A stretch of 64,000 nucleotides of DNA from a virus: the IMG/VR virus record IMGVR_UViG_3300037454_000319; one strand, given 5' to 3'. This document shows positions 1 to 8,190 of the stretch, piece by piece (the stretch's first letter is position 1; each line of letters starts with the position of its first letter). The translations under genes were made by a program, and so were the position numbers. The notes under the pieces are model-generated. The model was not told the DNA's origin. It did not search any database and saw only the letters and a program-made list of their open reading frames with translations.

Positions 1-118
1 ACTGTCTCGTTCCAATTCTTAATGAGCGCCCCATTCATTTCCTGAATAGTGTTGAAACCTCTTGGACCGTAGACAAACTCACGGTCATGGTTAAAATGTG
101 TATCGCTTGTAAAATAAA

Positions 119-379
119 TCATTCATCATTCTCCTTATTCTTCTTATGGAAGCCTATTCTCCAGCACCAAAGGAACTCATCTATTACAAATCCCTCGCCC
201 CACTGGGAAGTATCTCTTTCGTTCACTGACTTAACCAGTTCCTTTATCATAGAACACTTATCCTCTGAACTATTATCAGAGCGTTGTATCTCATTTATTG
301 CCCAAACAACAGCATCATAAAAGTCTTCAAAAACTCGATATTCGCAGTCACTATCTTCTACCAGATAAACCTTATCCAT
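119..379 (-). CDS. hypothetical protein (start trimmed to MDKV, RBS GGAGGA)
   Basis: ORF 119..409 trimmed to internal ATG with SD; tandem minus-strand operon. Confidence 0.45.
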   Translation of the reverse strand: MDKVYLVEDSDCEYRVFEDFYDAVVWAINEIQRSDNSSEDKCSMIKELVKSVNERDTSQWGEGFVIDEFLWCWRIGFHKKNKENDE

Positions 380-687
380 TATATTTCCTCCCTTACTAAG
401 TATCCACAAAACTTATAGCTCTCTCCGTCATAGAGGTTGTCTTCTATTTCATCAGTGAAATAATTGACATATTCGCTCTTAATGCGCTTCCAGTCGTACT
501 CAGAAGCAAATTCTCTGATTATTGCTCCATAGCCAACCTCTCCAGCTTCACATGGGAGGTTAATATATTCATACTCATTAGTTAATGTATCTTCAAGAAA
601 ATCGTCTGACATTAAATCCCAAACGAACTCTTCTACTGAAGGGTATTCAAGTTCCATACTAAGAACTGGTTCAATTACTTTAATCAT
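379..687 (-). CDS. hypothetical acidic protein
   Basis: ORF track; operon context. Confidence 0.5.
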   Translation of the reverse strand: MIKVIEPVLSMELEYPSVEEFVWDLMSDDFLEDTLTNEYEYINLPCEAGEVGYGAIIREFASEYDWKRIKSEYVNYFTDEIEDNLYDGESYKFCGYLVREEI

Positions 688-702
688 GCTGTGCCGCCCT
701 CC

Positions 703-921
703 TTAATCATAGACGTAATGTACATAAACATCTGCGACATCTTCAATACCGAAGTCTTCCTCATCTCTATCGAAGGATGCCGCAAGCTCTTCTCTTAACT
801 CCTCAAAATCAGAGAACTGAGTTATCTTATCGAAAACCCAGTTATAAGCCTCTGCCGCCGAGTCAAAGACTCTTGTTTCAGCATATTTATGAAGCCATTC
901 AACTATCCATTTTCTTTTCAT
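703..921 (-). CDS. hypothetical protein
   Basis: ORF track. Confidence 0.45.
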   Translation of the reverse strand: MKRKWIVEWLHKYAETRVFDSAAEAYNWVFDKITQFSDFEELREELAASFDRDEEDFGIEDVADVYVHYVYD

Positions 922-1121
922 ATCTGAACTCCTCTCTGTCTCATTATTCTTCCGAAACGCTTTGCCATTCTTATCTTAACAAGTTTCTTACGAATGTAAC
1001 AGTTCTTAAATTGAAGTGCATCTTCAAAGGTATAATAACCGTCATCTATCGCTTTCATATAAGATGTAACAAGCACACGCGCTTTATAACTATATGAACA
1101 AGTTCTAAACATCTTTTTCAT
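918..1121 (-). CDS. hypothetical basic protein
   Basis: ORF track; 4-nt overlap with neighbour. Confidence 0.45.
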   Translation of the reverse strand: MKKMFRTCSYSYKARVLVTSYMKAIDDGYYTFEDALQFKNCYIRKKLVKIRMAKRFGRIMRQRGVQI

Positions 1122-1133
1122 AAGGTTCTCCTT

Positions 1134-1505
1134 TCAATCCCAGTAGTAGACATTGTGCATTGAGTAAGTATCGTGGCAATCTTCATCTCTTAAATGGAAA
1201 GATAGTACATAGATATCAAGTCCACAGCTCTCAAACACTTGGTCTATCCAAACTTCACAACTGAAGTCATACATATCACAAAGTTCTTTTATTATTTCTT
1301 CAATTTCGACCTCAAAACCAGTATCGCCCTCACATACGAAAGTCTTTATTAGTCTCTTTGCTTCGTCTGGAGTAAAACCATGCTCTGTAAAAGCCTTCTC
1401 TATATTATCCTCATAGTCATGAAAGTCAAAACAAAGATAATGTCCGTTCTCAGTAAAGAGTTCTTCTATTCTCTTCTGTAAATCCCAAATTTCAACTATC
1501 ATCAT
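1134..1505 (-). CDS. hypothetical protein (start MMIVEIW; ORF-track N-terminus is promoter sequence)
   Basis: RBS AAGGAG 10 nt upstream of ATG; upstream 30 codons of the ORF are the conserved promoter. Confidence 0.5.
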   Translation of the reverse strand: MMIVEIWDLQKRIEELFTENGHYLCFDFHDYEDNIEKAFTEHGFTPDEAKRLIKTFVCEGDTGFEVEIEEIIKELCDMYDFSCEVWIDQVFESCGLDIYVLSFHLRDEDCHDTYSMHNVYYWD

Positions 1506-1551
1506 AATTCCATTTCTCCTTTTAGATATTTTTCTTTTTCCTTTTTCCTTA

Positions 1552-1593
1552 TTTTCTATAATTATTATACCATAAATTTCAAAAAAAGTCAAA
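1552..1593 (-). promoter_or_regulatory. conserved sigma70-type promoter copy 1 (TTGACT-N17-TATAAT in gene sense)
   Basis: -10 at 1564-1569, -35 at 1587-1592 (reverse complement), motif repeated ~30x. Confidence 0.7.
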
Positions 1594-1619
1594 TATAATT
1601 TTTTCTAAAAAAGGAGAAA

Positions 1620-1640
1620 GGGCGGCACAAAATGCCGCCC
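1620..1640 (-). terminator. intrinsic terminator hairpin gggcggca-caaaa-tgccgccc followed by T-run on minus strand
   Basis: perfect 8-bp GC stem then TTTCTCCTTTTTT on minus strand, ends tRNA array 1. Confidence 0.65.
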
Positions 1641-1665
1641 AAGGTACTATGACTATTTGAAACTA

Positions 1666-1740
1666 TTGGCAGGTCGCCAAGGACTCGAACCCTGACCTTG
1701 CGGGTTGGAACCGCATGTGCTACCATTACCACCAACGACC
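1666..1740 (-). tRNA. tRNA-Trp (anticodon CCA)
   Basis: cloverleaf by eye; T-arm GGTTCGAGTCC; loop TTCCAAC. Confidence 0.65.
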
Positions 1741-1756
1741 TATGATTATTTTAAAT

Positions 1757-1830
1757 GGTGGGGCGGGCGAGACTTGAACTCACAACACCTTGGGCTTCAA
1801 CCAAGTGCTCTACCATTGAGCTACCGCCCC
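1757..1830 (-). tRNA. tRNA-Phe (GAA)
   Basis: loop TTGAAGC; D-arm AGCTCAATGGTAGAGC; encoded CCA. Confidence 0.65.
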
Positions 1831-1837
1831 ATTAAAA

Positions 1838-1913
1838 TGGTGCCTATAGCCAGACTTGAACTGACAACTTGTCGCGTATGAGACGACTGTTCTACCAATT
1901 GAACTATACAGGC
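1838..1913 (-). tRNA. tRNA-Met/Ile2 (CAT) copy 1
   Basis: loop CTCATAC; T-arm GGTTCAAGTC. Confidence 0.55.
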
Positions 1914-1916
1914 ATT

Positions 1917-2036
1917 TGGTAGAGTCAATGAGCCTTCCACTCATACCTCGGGGCACCCCTGCCCCGCGTGCTATCTAAATCGACTTCTCAGTGACGTCAC
2001 CTCTGATAGTTTCAATCGCCACTACACTTTGACTCC
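1917..2036 (-). ncRNA. 120-nt tRNA-like element (acceptor GGAGTCA/TGACTCT-ACCA, T-like arm, GC hairpin cggggca-gggg-tgccccg) with ~45-nt extra sequence
   Basis: 7-bp acceptor pairing and encoded ACCA but far too long for a standard tRNA; could not be folded into cloverleaf. Confidence 0.3.
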
Positions 2037-2046
2037 ATTAAAGAAC

Positions 2047-2123
2047 TGGTACTCACAGCCAGACTTGAACTGACAACTTCTTCCACGTCAAGGAAGCACT
2101 CTACCAATTGAGTTATGCGAGTA
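2047..2123 (-). tRNA. tRNA-Val (GAC)
   Basis: loop TTGACGT. Confidence 0.6.
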
Positions 2124-2127
2124 TTAA

Positions 2128-2204
2128 TGGCACCCCATGAAGGACTCGAACCTTCAACCTTCAGATTAGAAATCTGTTGCTCTGTCCAATTGAGCTAATG
2201 GGGC
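2128..2204 (-). tRNA. tRNA-Arg (TCT)
   Basis: loop TTTCTAA. Confidence 0.55.
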
Positions 2205-2207
2205 ATT

Positions 2208-2283
2208 TGGTTGCGGTGGCGGGACTCGAACCCACGGCCTTCAGATAATGACTCTGACGAGCTACCAACTGCTCCACACCGCG
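2208..2283 (-). tRNA. tRNA-Met/Ile2 (CAT) copy 2
   Basis: loop GTCATTA. Confidence 0.5.
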
Positions 2284-2579
2284 ATAAATATGCCTATTGA
2301 AAAGTTTGCAACCATTTCGGAAAGGCTGTCCAAGTCAATTTTACGTCTGAGGCTCAGCGACGGAAACACTGACGTGGTTTCGGGTAACGACTTTCTTCGT
2401 CCGAAAGCAAGACTGGAAATTCCTTTCAATTTCCGAAGTCAACTTATACTTTGCATAAGCAACTCAACCTAACTCAGCATAGGTCGCTGCTCCGTTACTC
2501 TACAACAGAGACAAAACTCATCACCTGCTACGACGGTGAAACGCGTACGTTTAGTGCTTTAAAGAGACACTATCTGAAC
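2284..2579 (-). ncRNA. ~295-nt noncoding element inside tRNA array (candidate structured RNA)
   Basis: no minus-strand ORF; flanked by complete tRNAs; shares motif GGAAAGGCTGTCCA with 5201-5215. Confidence 0.3.
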
Positions 2580-2582
2580 TCT

Positions 2583-2655
2583 TGGTTCCCGTTGAAAGAC
2601 TCGAACTCTCATCGCTGGCGTCAGAAGCCAGTGTCCTACCATTAGACGAAACGGA
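2583..2655 (-). tRNA. tRNA-Gln (CTG)
   Basis: loop TTCTGAC. Confidence 0.55.
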
Positions 2656-2723
2656 ATTATTGGAGTTTTAAACTCCAATCTTGTGAGTAAGTTTAATGTC
2701 CATTAATCTCACATTAGGACAAT

Positions 2724-2800
2724 TGGTCTCCCTGACGGGAATCGAACCCGTGTCTCTGGCTTGAAGGGCCAGCGTCTTTGACCGCTTGACTACAGGGAGA
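2724..2800 (-). tRNA. tRNA-Glu (TTC)
   Basis: loop CCTTCAA. Confidence 0.6.
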
Positions 2801-2832
2801 TTTCTGGCGGAGCTATTGCCCCGCCTTAGGGA

Positions 2833-3246
2833 TTAACCCTCAGTCTTCTCAGGGTTTGTCTTAGCAACGTAAGGTGTACCTGTGAAAGTATAACCCTTAA
2901 CCTTGCCCTTACCGTTTGCAGACTTCTGCTGCTCAGCCTCTACGAAGCAACCCTCTGTAACAAGTGCTCTAAGAAGAGCAGATGCCTTCTGAGTGTTCTT
3001 AAGGTTGAAAGCAGTTGCAATTTCGCCTGCTGTGTAAACCTTGTCGGCTACAGCGTTAGTAACAATCTGCTCCTTAACCTTCTCGTTCTCAAGCTGCTCA
3101 GGAGTAAGCTTTGCACGTCTGTTTGCGTTCTTCTGCTCAATGTCAGCAATTCTATTTGTTGCATAAGCAACAAGGTCAGGCTCAATACCCTCGATAGCAA
3201 GTACTGCATTAAGGAACGCTCTCTCAGTCATTTTCTCGTTAGCCAT
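2833..3246 (-). CDS. hypothetical protein (137 aa)
   Basis: ORF track; own promoter copy upstream; RBS. Confidence 0.55.
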   Translation of the reverse strand: MANEKMTERAFLNAVLAIEGIEPDLVAYATNRIADIEQKNANRRAKLTPEQLENEKVKEQIVTNAVADKVYTAGEIATAFNLKNTQKASALLRALVTEGCFVEAEQQKSANGKGKVKGYTFTGTPYVAKTNPEKTEG

Positions 3247-3317
3247 AATAGCCCTCTCTTTCTGTGGTTTTATCCACGTTTAAAATTGATTTTTGTTTTG
3301 AAAAGTCTTTCTCAACC

Positions 3318-3359
3318 TTTTCTATAATTATTATACCATGTTTTATAGAAAAAGTCAAA
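3318..3359 (-). promoter_or_regulatory. conserved promoter copy 2
   Basis: -10 3330-3335, -35 3353-3358, spacer 17. Confidence 0.7.
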
Positions 3360-3379
3360 TTTTTATTTTCCTTTCGGAA

Positions 3380-3455
3380 TGGTCGGGGTGGAGGGACTCG
3401 AACCCTCAACCTTCAGATTAAGAGTCTGCTACTCTGCCAGTTGAGTTACACCCCG
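3380..3455 (-). tRNA. tRNA-Lys (CTT)
   Basis: loop CTCTTAA. Confidence 0.55.
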
Positions 3456-3730
3456 ATTAATTGCTGTTTGATTGACTTGTATCTTATTCCTAACAGCTTA
3501 GGAAGGATATTGCCCATCAGTGAATATCCAAGACTGCTGGGGCTTTTCGCACCGCGGTTGCGCCAGTTTATTGTCAGTCAAACGGGGCACTGGAACCATT
3601 CCCCACGGATAACTATACCGCGAAGGCAGATAACAACTGCGTGTCCCCTCTTACAACGCCAGCGGAGTTTGCGTTGCTTTGTATGTTAAGGCTTCACAAA
3701 GCGGAGCCACCAACCCGTTTTTACTTCCTG
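3456..3730 (-). ncRNA. ~275-nt noncoding element inside tRNA array 2 (candidate structured RNA)
   Basis: no minus ORF; same size and position class as 2284-2579. Confidence 0.3.
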
Positions 3731-3745
3731 TCGGCACCAGAAGAT

Positions 3746-3820
3746 TGGTCACCCCTACGGGAGTCGAACCCGTGTCTTCAGATTGAGAATCTGACGTCTT
3801 CGCCACTTGACTAAGGGGTG
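3746..3820 (-). tRNA. tRNA-Glu (CTC)
   Basis: loop TTCTCAA. Confidence 0.55.
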
Positions 3821-3928
3821 ATTAGTTCGGTTTTACTTTGCTTCTTTATATAGCGTTTTCCACTAAGCCACATACCAGCTATGCTGTCGGTGGTAGTTTA
3901 AACCGTAAATCCATGTTAACGCTTCTGG

Positions 3929-3945
3929 TGGACAATATGGGAATC
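3929..3945. repeat. 17-bp direct repeat tggacaatatgggaatc (copy 1), truncated tRNA 3' segment flanking GIY-YIG gene
   Basis: identical 17-mer at 4659-4675 inside tRNA-like gene. Confidence 0.7.
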
Positions 3946-3946
3946 T

Positions 3947-4576
3947 TTATCCCCAAGTCCATTTATATCCATAAGCACTTTTTCTTTTACCTCTACAAAC
4001 TGAAGAAATATGAGAAGAAGCACCATTGGAAGTTGTAGTTATTTTTCCCAAAGCTATTGCTGCAGCCTTAGCCGATGGAAAAGATTGTATATATTCGCCA
4101 TCAAGAGAATACTGATTTACAATTTTACCATTAACTTTTTGACTAACTTGACTATGAGAAATTATATTTATTCCTTTTTCTTTAAGGATTAAATAAACAC
4201 TGTCAGCAGAAATATTCATAATTCTTGCAACTTCTTTACAATTCAATGTAGCTTTATATGTTGCTACCACTAAATCGTAATCAATATAAGGACGACCATC
4301 GCCGCCAGTTGTTGCATTATAACCATTTTTAAAAGAACCATAAAATTCAATCCAATACTTTTCTCTCTCTTCTGGAGAAGAAGTTTCTTCAATTAATTCT
4401 ACTGTAAAATTTTCAACTCCATATTTCTGCATAGCATCATATAAAGGTCTCTTTTCACATCGTTCTTTTAAACTATCTTGACAATGTTCTTTAAATCTTT
4501 CCTGAATGGTTTTATAGGTTTTCCCTATATAAATCTTACCATTGATAAGATTTGTAATTTTATAAACGTATGCCAA
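3947..4576 (-). CDS. GIY-YIG homing endonuclease with C-terminal HTH (NUMOD-like) DNA-binding region
   Basis: N-terminal YKITNLINGKIYIGKT (GIY...YIG), conserved R/E/N; C-terminal ...SSHISSVCRGKRKSAYGYKW motif; located in tRNA array like T4 segB. Confidence 0.8.
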   Translation of the reverse strand: MAYVYKITNLINGKIYIGKTYKTIQERFKEHCQDSLKERCEKRPLYDAMQKYGVENFTVELIEETSSPEEREKYWIEFYGSFKNGYNATTGGDGRPYIDYDLVVATYKATLNCKEVARIMNISADSVYLILKEKGINIISHSQVSQKVNGKIVNQYSLDGEYIQSFPSAKAAAIALGKITTTSNGASSHISSVCRGKRKSAYGYKWTWG

Positions 4577-4658
4577 AACTAATCAGCTCCTGTTATTTGT
4601 ATTCTACTACGTTAGTGTTAACCAAGAGTCACCGCGTGGAGGTGTAGTAACGACTCTC

Positions 4659-4735
4659 TGGACAATATGGGAATCGAACCCATCTGATTTCCTGTTTGCA
4701 AAACAGGCGACCACTCCATGCAGTCCCAAAGCCCA
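4659..4735 (-). pseudogene. tRNA-like gene (anticodon TGC, Ala-like loop TTTGCAA) with non-pairing acceptor stem; contains repeat copy 2
   Basis: good anticodon and T arms but 5'/3' acceptor strands not complementary; adjacent HE. Confidence 0.35.
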
Positions 4736-4763
4736 TTTAAAATTGTTTTTGTTCTCTCTTTAT

Positions 4764-4802
4764 TTTCTATATATTATATCATAATATATTAGAAAAGTCA
4801 AA
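4764..4802 (-). promoter_or_regulatory. conserved promoter copy 3
   Basis: -10 4773-4778, -35 4796-4801. Confidence 0.65.
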
Positions 4803-4839
4803 TTTTCTTTTTGCTGTGGGTTGCAGCCGTTATTTGTTC

Positions 4840-4913
4840 TGGAGCGAGATAAGGGAATCGAACCCTCGCCTCCTCCATGGCAAGGAGGAATTCTACCGCT
4901 AAACTAATCCCGC
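4840..4913 (-). tRNA. tRNA-Gly (GCC)
   Basis: loop TTGCCAT. Confidence 0.6.
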
Positions 4914-4919
4914 ATTAAT

Positions 4920-4994
4920 TGGTGGGCCTACGGGGACTCGAACCCCGAACTACTGATTAAAAGTCAGCTGTGTTGCCAATTACACCATAAGCCC
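4920..4994 (-). tRNA. tRNA-Lys (TTT)
   Basis: loop CTTTTAA. Confidence 0.6.
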
Positions 4995-5068
4995 ATTTCA
5001 ACGCTGGTGGTATCCAAGACACCTTTCCGCCGCCAGCTCGACGTTTCATAGGTCTTAAATTCAATAAT

Positions 5069-5155
5069 TGGTCGGCAGGGAAGGACTCGAACCTTCGATG
5101 TTTCAATGTCACGGATTTACAGTCCGCTGGTTTCGCCGCTTTCCACACCTGCCGA
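5069..5155 (-). tRNA. tRNA-Tyr (GTA), long variable arm
   Basis: 87 nt, loop CTGTAAA. Confidence 0.6.
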
Positions 5156-5251
5156 TATTTGCCTATTCATTTTCTACCTTTATAAAGGTACGTCTTATTG
5201 GAAAGGCTGTCCAGTTGACGGAAGGTTTATGAGTACAACCTACAAAACGAT

Positions 5252-5331
5252 TGGCGCCTCCAACGGGGCTCGAACCCGCAACCTCGCTGCGTGACAGGCA
5301 GGTGTTCTATCCTGATTTGAACTACAGAGGC
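5252..5331 (-). tRNA. tRNA-Asp (GTC)
   Basis: loop CTGTCAC. Confidence 0.5.
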
Positions 5332-5461
5332 ATCGTCAGTTGATTAAACGTGTTCATAGCAAATCTTCATTGACGGCGAGGGCTGACAAGTCTAATCTTG
5401 ACTCAGCTTTCCACAAACCACCGACGTGGGTGTGACCCACTACTTATGAACTTTTATTAAT

Positions 5462-5538
5462 TGGCGGGAAGTATAGGACTCGAACCTATGACACCGCGGT
5501 TAACAGCCGCGTGCTCTAACCAACTGAGCTAACAACCC
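5462..5538 (-). tRNA. tRNA-Asn (GTT)
   Basis: loop CTGTTAA. Confidence 0.6.
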
Positions 5539-5547
5539 ATTTTAAAT

Positions 5548-5622
5548 TGGCGGTCCAGAAGGGAGTCGAACCCTCGTCTTTCGGGAGACAACCGAACATT
5601 CTACACGTTAAACTACAGAACC
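5548..5622 (-). tRNA. tRNA, anticodon GTC? (loop TTGTCTC), encoded CCA
   Basis: cloverleaf plausible; pyrimidine at position 37 is unusual. Confidence 0.4.
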
Positions 5623-5666
5623 ATTTGATTGGAAGCTTTTCCTTCAGAGGACGGTTTACCAACCGA

Positions 5667-5708
5667 TTTTCTATATATATTATATCATGTTTTTCAAAAA
5701 AAGTCAAA
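5667..5708 (-). promoter_or_regulatory. conserved promoter copy 4 (drives tRNA array 3)
   Basis: -10 5679-5684, -35 5702-5707. Confidence 0.7.
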
Positions 5709-5715
5709 TTTTCTT

Positions 5716-6015
5716 TTAAAGTTTAATTACATCATCTTTCTCAAATCCTTCATCTTCAAGACGAGTGAAGAACTCATCTTCGTCTACTTCAGTTACTACA
5801 TAATCGCAGTTATCAAAGTAATAATCTTCATCTTCCTGAGAGTCGAAGCCTTCTCCAAAGGTATAGCCTTCAACTCCAATAACATTTTGTTCTGCCCAGT
5901 CATAAAGACCTTCTGCCATATAAGCATATACAGCATCTATATTATCTGCTTCAAAAAAGAAGACATTATCACTATTTTCGCAATAACCGTTATCGTATTC
6001 ACCAATAAACTTCAT
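5716..6015 (-). CDS. hypothetical acidic protein
   Basis: ORF track; RBS. Confidence 0.5.
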   Translation of the reverse strand: MKFIGEYDNGYCENSDNVFFFEADNIDAVYAYMAEGLYDWAEQNVIGVEGYTFGEGFDSQEDEDYYFDNCDYVVTEVDEDEFFTRLEDEGFEKDDVIKL

Positions 6016-6027
6016 TTCTTTTCCTCA

Positions 6028-6069
6028 CTTTCTATAATTATTATATCATAAATTCTAAGAAAAGTCAAA
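6028..6069 (-). promoter_or_regulatory. conserved promoter copy 5
   Basis: -10 6040-6045, -35 6063-6068. Confidence 0.7.
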
Positions 6070-6259
6070 TTTTTCTTTTTGTTTCTCTCCGTAAGCATCG
6101 GCGCCACGTAAAGGCGGAAACATTAGCCGATATTTCCTTACTACTCTCCAAATGGAGAACTTCAGCGGGCTTTCAACCGTACTACTGGCAGGTAGGTGTT
6201 ATAATACTGCCATACTATAACTGAGGGTTCATTTTCCTTTACTCACCCACAAGGGTAAT

Positions 6260-6336
6260 TGGTCCAGCCAGCGAGATTCGAACTCACGACCTCCGCGTTA
6301 TCAGCACGTTGCTCTACCTACTGAGCTATGACTGGA
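6260..6336 (-). tRNA. tRNA-Ile (GAT)
   Basis: loop CTGATAA. Confidence 0.6.
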
Positions 6337-6339
6337 TTT

Positions 6340-6415
6340 TGGAGCTGGTGGACGGATTCGAACCCCCGACCTGCTGATTACAAATCAGCTGCTCTACCGA
6401 CTGAGCTACACCAGC
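6340..6415 (-). tRNA. tRNA-Thr (TGT) copy 1
   Basis: loop TTTGTAA. Confidence 0.55.
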
Positions 6416-6474
6416 ATTTATGAGAGGCTGGGCTGAAGCTCCACTTAGTTTCCTCTCATTGAGGTTGTGCCCTC

Positions 6475-6552
6475 TGGAGGTAGCGGAGGGAGTCGAACCC
6501 TCGTCTTCGGTTTTGCAGACCGACGTCTTAGCCACTTGACTACGATACCTCC
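6475..6552 (-). tRNA. tRNA-Cys (GCA)
   Basis: loop CTGCAAA. Confidence 0.6.
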
Positions 6553-6573
6553 ACAGAGCACAACCATTAAAGG

Positions 6574-6741
6574 TTATGCACCTATTACATTCCAACACTC
6601 ATATTCGTATTTAATGTTCCAAGCACGCTCTTTTTCAAAAGCTTCTTTGTCTCGAAGCATTAAACCTTTGGTCTTATAGACGTCAATCACCTTTCTTGTT
6701 TTAGCAATTTCGTCTACCATATAAAGAATATATACACTCAT
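6574..6741 (-). CDS. small hypothetical protein (55 aa, MSVYILYMVDEIAKTRK...)
   Basis: not in ORF track (<60 aa); follows promoter copy 6 with purine-rich RBS. Confidence 0.3.
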   Translation of the reverse strand: MSVYILYMVDEIAKTRKVIDVYKTKGLMLRDKEAFEKERAWNIKYEYECWNVIGA

Positions 6742-6761
6742 GTTTCTTCTTTCCTTTCCGA

Positions 6762-6803
6762 TTTTCTATAATTATTATATCATAGATTTTGAAAAAAGTC
6801 AAA
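6762..6803 (-). promoter_or_regulatory. conserved promoter copy 6
   Basis: -10 6774-6779, -35 6797-6802. Confidence 0.7.
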
Positions 6804-6977
6804 TTTTCTTTTTGGTTTTTGAAATTCATACTCAGCCCCGCGCTTGCATCGACTTCCTTCTCACCGAATGAGAGCGTTCTACTTTATAAACTATCCCTGC
6901 GTTGGCTCATAAGCAAGGAGTGATAGGCTTAGAAACCTATTCCATATGAACTTCTGTGAGTTTGATTGGTAAACTCT

Positions 6978-7055
6978 GGTCTCCTCCAAGGGACTTGAAC
7001 CCTCATAAGACACAGCTTCGTAGGCTGCCGCATTCTCCATTATGCTAAGAGGAGA
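6978..7055 (-). tRNA. tRNA-Arg (ACG)
   Basis: loop CTACGAA; D-arm GCATAATGGAGAATGC. Confidence 0.6.
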
Positions 7056-7094
7056 TATTAGTGGGAATTAAAGTTTTTCCCACTCTTCATAAGT

Positions 7095-7170
7095 GGAGCT
7101 GATGACAGGAATCGAACCTGCAACCTTGTCCTTACAAGGGACCTGCACTACCTATTGTGCTACACCAGCA
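7095..7170 (-). tRNA. tRNA-Thr (TGT) copy 2
   Basis: loop CTTGTAA; same acceptor GCTGGTG as copy 1. Confidence 0.5.
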
Positions 7171-7200
7171 TAAATAAAAAGAGGGAGATTTTACTCTCCC

Positions 7201-7536
7201 TCAGACTTCATCAAACATCGGTGCATACTTACGAATATGGTCATGAATTACACTACCAAGTAATTTTTCCTTACCGCCCTGCTCTTTAACATAGATAAAG
7301 ACTTTATCTGTAGTTAAAGCGCCGCGTCCTTTTGGTTCGCTAATTCTTTTAGCTGTCTTTTCAACAGCTGCCATATCTAAAGTAGGCATCTCAATTCTCT
7401 TATTCTTAGAGAGTATTACAAATACAGGGAGATTATCCTTATTAAGTTCGATATTACAGTCTTTAATTCGACCTGTCCACTTGACTGTATAATTATCATA
7501 CTGGTCAGTGACGATAAGATGTGTTTTAACAAGCAT
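7201..7536 (-). CDS. hypothetical protein (start MLVKTH; RBS AAGGAGGG)
   Basis: ORF-track start lies in promoter; internal ATG has strong SD. Confidence 0.5.
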   Translation of the reverse strand: MLVKTHLIVTDQYDNYTVKWTGRIKDCNIELNKDNLPVFVILSKNKRIEMPTLDMAAVEKTAKRISEPKGRGALTTDKVFIYVKEQGGKEKLLGSVIHDHIRKYAPMFDEV

Positions 7537-7555
7537 TGTTCTCCCTCCTTTTTGA

Positions 7556-7597
7556 TTTTCTATAATTATTATAACACATTTTTTCGGAAAAGTCAAA
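7556..7597 (-). promoter_or_regulatory. conserved promoter copy 7
   Basis: -10 7568-7573, -35 7591-7596. Confidence 0.7.
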
Positions 7598-7660
7598 TTT
7601 TCAATTTTGCTTTTCCATTTGAAATAGTTGTACTTATATGTGATTTACTTGTGCCGCCCG

Positions 7661-7867
7661 TCAAAAAATTTCATCTTCGGGCACTTCAAGGGTTGCAGTC
7701 AAATTCAGAATGAACCTACTTCCATCTATTTTAGTCATAATTTCCTTACTAAAATAAGGGGCAAAGATAACTGCAGGTATAACCTTAGCATCTTCTGGAC
7801 AATCTTCATTTACTGCGCCAACGATTTTCCCATTTACAACAATGGGAGTAAAACGTCCTATTTCCAT
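7661..7867 (-). CDS. hypothetical protein
   Basis: ORF; RBS GGAGGT. Confidence 0.45.
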   Translation of the reverse strand: MEIGRFTPIVVNGKIVGAVNEDCPEDAKVIPAVIFAPYFSKEIMTKIDGSRFILNLTATLEVPEDEIF

Positions 7868-7870
7868 AGC

Positions 7871-8170
7871 TTACCTCCAGTATCTATCTATCATTCTCTG
7901 CATATTGTCTCGACCAACTATGTTTGCAGTATGGAGCTTAACAGGATAAAAACGCTCTGTCTCGACCATCCAGTCGAGGAGTTTTATTGCGTCGCCGCCG
8001 TCCTTAGCGTAATCGCCGAGGTCATGGTCGAGGTCAAGTTCAATCTGAACGTCCTCAAGTCCTTCGGCGGCACGGATTACAAGCTTTGCCTGATTTACGG
8101 ACTTAAGCGCCCACCATGTCTTGTCTGGGGCAGGACGAATATCGTCGAGCCATATTTTTACTATCTTCAT
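7871..8170 (-). CDS. hypothetical protein
   Basis: ORF track. Confidence 0.5.
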   Translation of the reverse strand: MKIVKIWLDDIRPAPDKTWWALKSVNQAKLVIRAAEGLEDVQIELDLDHDLGDYAKDGGDAIKLLDWMVETERFYPVKLHTANIVGRDNMQRMIDRYWR

Positions 8171-8190
8171 ATTCGTCCTCCTTTATAAAA

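Noticed and set aside
87-320. Plus-strand ORFs (87..320, 777..1097, 5629..6051, 7628..8188, 8841..9257, 9785..10252, 15544..15909, 21934..22275, 24576..25115, 40362..40724, 47739..48197, 50061..50495 and similar)
   Set aside because: All lie antisense to better-supported minus-strand genes, lack Shine-Dalgarno sites and promoter copies, and have low-complexity composition. The whole window is transcribed leftward.
6326-6598. ORFs overlapping tRNA genes (6326..6598, 4957..5148, 5106..5294, 5516..5707, 33350..33598, 33740..34015, 35486..35692, 38057..38377, 2248..2645, 3264..3689)
   Set aside because: They are translations of tRNA or spacer sequence. Several begin inside the conserved promoter.
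7641-7680. Hairpin gtgcc...cgggcac near 7651
   Set aside because: Short 5-bp stem with a 22-nt loop and no T-run. Probably just an occurrence of the GTGCCGCC word.
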